IMG/VR virus record: IMGVR_UViG_3300008262_000183 | DNA length: 64,000 nt | Direction: 5' to 3' (one strand) | Origin: an uncultured virus (IMG/VR IMGVR_UViG_3300008262_000183) | Lineage: Duplodnaviria > Heunggongvirae > Uroviricota > Caudoviricetes | Shown: in pieces, positions 62,047-64,000 of the stretch | Layout of the letters: each line of letters begins with the position of its first letter | Numbering within the stretch: position 1 is the first letter of the stretch | Notes under the pieces: generated by a model | Databases searched by the model: none | The model's input: only the letters and a program-made list of their open reading frames with translations | Told to the model about the DNA's origin: nothing | Translations under genes and position numbers: made by a program

Positions 62047-62067
62047 GAGGTCGCATTTTGCGACCTC
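62047..62067 (+). terminator. Perfect 9-bp hairpin (terminator or processing site)
   Basis: GAGGTCGCA-TTT-TGCGACCTC with a weak U-tail. Confidence 0.6.
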
Positions 62068-62093
62068 TTGATATTTATAGGAAAACCAATTTT

Positions 62094-62495
62094 ATGAAAC
62101 TTCAAACAAGTAATAATAAAACGAACATATTAATCATTATAATTGGTATTATGGCTGCATACAATATTTTGCAAACCAAAGGTATAAAAACCGATGTATC
62201 AGCATATAACAAAAAAATTGATTTAATACAAAAAGAAATCGATTCTGTACAGGTTTTAAATAAACAGTTAAACATACAGATCGCAAATATCGACACAGAA
62301 ATTGATAAAGTTGATGGCGATATTGGTAGAGTAACAAAAAACATAACAATTATTAAAAATCAAACAAATGAAAAAATTGATGCTGTTAATGAGTTTACTT
62401 TTAGTGACCTCGCTAAGTTTTTCTCAGACCGTTATGACGCAAGAGAAGACAGTAGTGCAGGACACAATAGTACCCCTCAAAACCCAAATCGCTAA
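62094..62495 (+). CDS. N-terminally anchored coiled-coil membrane protein (i-spanin-like)
   Basis: ILIIIIGIMAAY transmembrane segment followed by heptads. ATG 62094 follows TATTTAT. Confidence 0.55.
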   Translation: MKLQTSNNKTNILIIIIGIMAAYNILQTKGIKTDVSAYNKKIDLIQKEIDSVQVLNKQLNIQIANIDTEIDKVDGDIGRVTKNITIIKNQTNEKIDAVNEFTFSDLAKFFSDRYDAREDSSAGHNSTPQNPNR

Positions 62496-62796
62496 ATTAG
62501 TCATAAAAGATTTGATCAGGGGTGATGGTGCCATTGTCGAGGTTAAAGAATTAAACAAAGTGATTGGATTAAAAGACGAACAAATCAGATTGTTTAAAGA
62601 AAAAGACCTTTTAAAAGATCAAAAAATATCAAACTTGGAGGTAATCATTTCTAAAAAAGATGAGCAATTTTCTTTAGAAAGAGAAAAATCTGAAAAGTTA
62701 TATAAAGAATTAAAGGGACAAAGAACTAAAACCTTTTTATATAAAGTTGGAACATTTGTTGGGCTACTTGCCACATCAGTATTACTTGTTAAATAA
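62368..62796 (+). CDS. Secreted coiled-coil protein with a C-terminal membrane anchor (spanin partner-like)
   Basis: Signal peptide MKKLMLLMSLLLVTSLSFS-Q and C-terminal VGTFVGLLATSVLLV. It overlaps the upstream gene by 128 nt. Confidence 0.6.
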   Translation: MKKLMLLMSLLLVTSLSFSQTVMTQEKTVVQDTIVPLKTQIAKLVIKDLIRGDGAIVEVKELNKVIGLKDEQIRLFKEKDLLKDQKISNLEVIISKKDEQFSLEREKSEKLYKELKGQRTKTFLYKVGTFVGLLATSVLLVK

Positions 62797-63444
62797 ATGA
62801 AAAAACACATCACCCCACCCAATATTGCCCTATTAGTACTAGTTTTATTATTAATATTATCAGTATTAAATCCATGGGGAATAATACCCAATAGAGTAAC
62901 AAACGTTCCTGTCTATGTGGTTGATTCTATACCATATCCACAGCACGATACAATACCTTTTGAAGTCGAGGTTGAGGTTGAAGTACCCGTAGAAGTTGAA
63001 GTACCATATACGGTTCATGATACCATATTAACCCCGGTGGATACTATGGCGATATTAAAAGATTTTTACACAAAAAATATTTCAAAAGAAGAATTAAAAC
63101 TACCTAATAATCAAGGTGTTATAAGCTTGAGTCAAACTATTACCGAGAACAAAGTAGTGTCAACAGAGTTTAATGCTAAAATAACCCCTAAAGTCCAAAA
63201 GGATACCATTTTATTGCCTGAGCCAAAGAAAACTCAACTTTATTTTGGCGTTGTTGGGGGTGTGTCTAAACCAGATTTTATTTCAAATGTTGGTGCTGGG
63301 TTATTACTTAAGACAAAAGAGGATAAAATATATAAATTTACAATTGGTGCCGCAAATAGATTAACCAGTGATATTAATGGTACATTCCATCCATACATGG
63401 AAGGTGGGGTGTTTTGGAAAATCAAAGCCAAAAAAAGAAACTAG
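62797..63444 (+). CDS. Membrane-anchored periplasmic protein with C-terminal beta strands
   Basis: IALLVLVLLLILSVL transmembrane segment, VEVEVPV stretch and terminal GGVFWKI. Confidence 0.6.
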   Translation: MKKHITPPNIALLVLVLLLILSVLNPWGIIPNRVTNVPVYVVDSIPYPQHDTIPFEVEVEVEVPVEVEVPYTVHDTILTPVDTMAILKDFYTKNISKEELKLPNNQGVISLSQTITENKVVSTEFNAKITPKVQKDTILLPEPKKTQLYFGVVGGVSKPDFISNVGAGLLLKTKEDKIYKFTIGAANRLTSDINGTFHPYMEGGVFWKIKAKKRN

Positions 63445-63499
63445 AGCACAATTCAAACATTTTGTTTAATATTATTATAATTTTTATTATATTAAAATA

Positions 63500-63952
63500 A
63501 TGAAAACATACATTCTTTTTATCTTCGCTTCCTTTTCTGACCTAGAAGAACTTGAATTTTTCTGTTTTGAACATTTCCCACAACTTTCGATAGGAAGTAT
63601 TAAGTATGTTATAGAATCTAGCGGTAATTGTATTATAATATTTGATAGTGATAAGCAAAAGGAACCCCTGGTTAATTCTTTAGATGAAACCCTATCTTTA
63701 GAAAGTATAAGATTTTATATGATTTTCGAAAAAAGTTCAATTTTCTGGTCCAAATTGCCAACAGATCTAAATAATTTCATATTCAAGCCACAGCCCAAAA
63801 ACTTAGGCATATTTAAGATTCTAGCTGAAATGGATAAACAACCACTAGAGTCACAATTTAACCTAGATGAGATACTAGAAAAAATCCAAATTGATGGTAT
63901 TTCTAGTTTATCCCCCGAGGAAAAAAAATTCTTAGACGATTTTGGAAATTAA
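63500..63952 (+). CDS. Hypothetical protein with a DUF6576-like C-terminus
   Basis: LDEILEKI...GISSLSPEEKKFL. Confidence 0.6.
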   Translation: MKTYILFIFASFSDLEELEFFCFEHFPQLSIGSIKYVIESSGNCIIIFDSDKQKEPLVNSLDETLSLESIRFYMIFEKSSIFWSKLPTDLNNFIFKPQPKNLGIFKILAEMDKQPLESQFNLDEILEKIQIDGISSLSPEEKKFLDDFGN

Positions 63953-64000
63953 AAAAAAAATGTTATCTTAGCTTAACAAATAATTCCAGAATATGAAGAA

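Noticed and set aside
571..63431. Numerous 60-130 aa minus-strand and nested ORFs in the track
   Set aside because: They lie antisense to or inside well-supported genes and show no recognisable motifs.
1..64000. Stop-codon reassignment
   Set aside because: Long genes are intact in the standard code, and TAG and TGA end genes at sensible places (18828, 22114, 63444). The primase and SbcC breaks are frame changes, not in-frame stops.

Overview
This is an AT-rich segment of a large contractile-tailed (myovirus-like) phage, with almost all genes on the + strand. The host is probably a Bacteroidota/Flavobacteriia: there are no Shine-Dalgarno sequences, one TAnnTTTG promoter, SprB repeats, a Gln+1 signal peptide and D-S/T-hydrophobic sequons. 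Gene order: tail module (completion protein, sheath, tube, chaperone, tape measure, hub proteins); a replication and nucleotide block (gp32-like SSB, UvsX/RecA, 5'-3' exonuclease, DnaB-like helicase, class Ia RNR nrdB-nrdA); baseplate genes; a cassette of Pro/Thr-linked adhesin-like proteins (vWA, cadherin, SprB); RuvC-like resolvase, broken primase, nucleases, broken SbcC/gp46, ClpP, a Zn-ribbon protein and a spanin-like membrane cluster. The most interesting signals are non-coding or sub-genic. (1) An 11-unit array of TTAG boxes with 8-bp period, a parS-like palindrome and an unannotated ribbon-helix-helix gene all lie within the tail operon. (2) A gene has a structured 5' leader whose 5' end is complementary to its 3' UTR. 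(3) A three-way-junction RNA with a kissing loop follows nrdA. (4) A likely +1/-2 frameshift sits upstream of the tape measure gene. (5) A Cys-beta-strand/PT module is shared among adhesin genes. All product calls come from motif recognition by eye, not from database searches.
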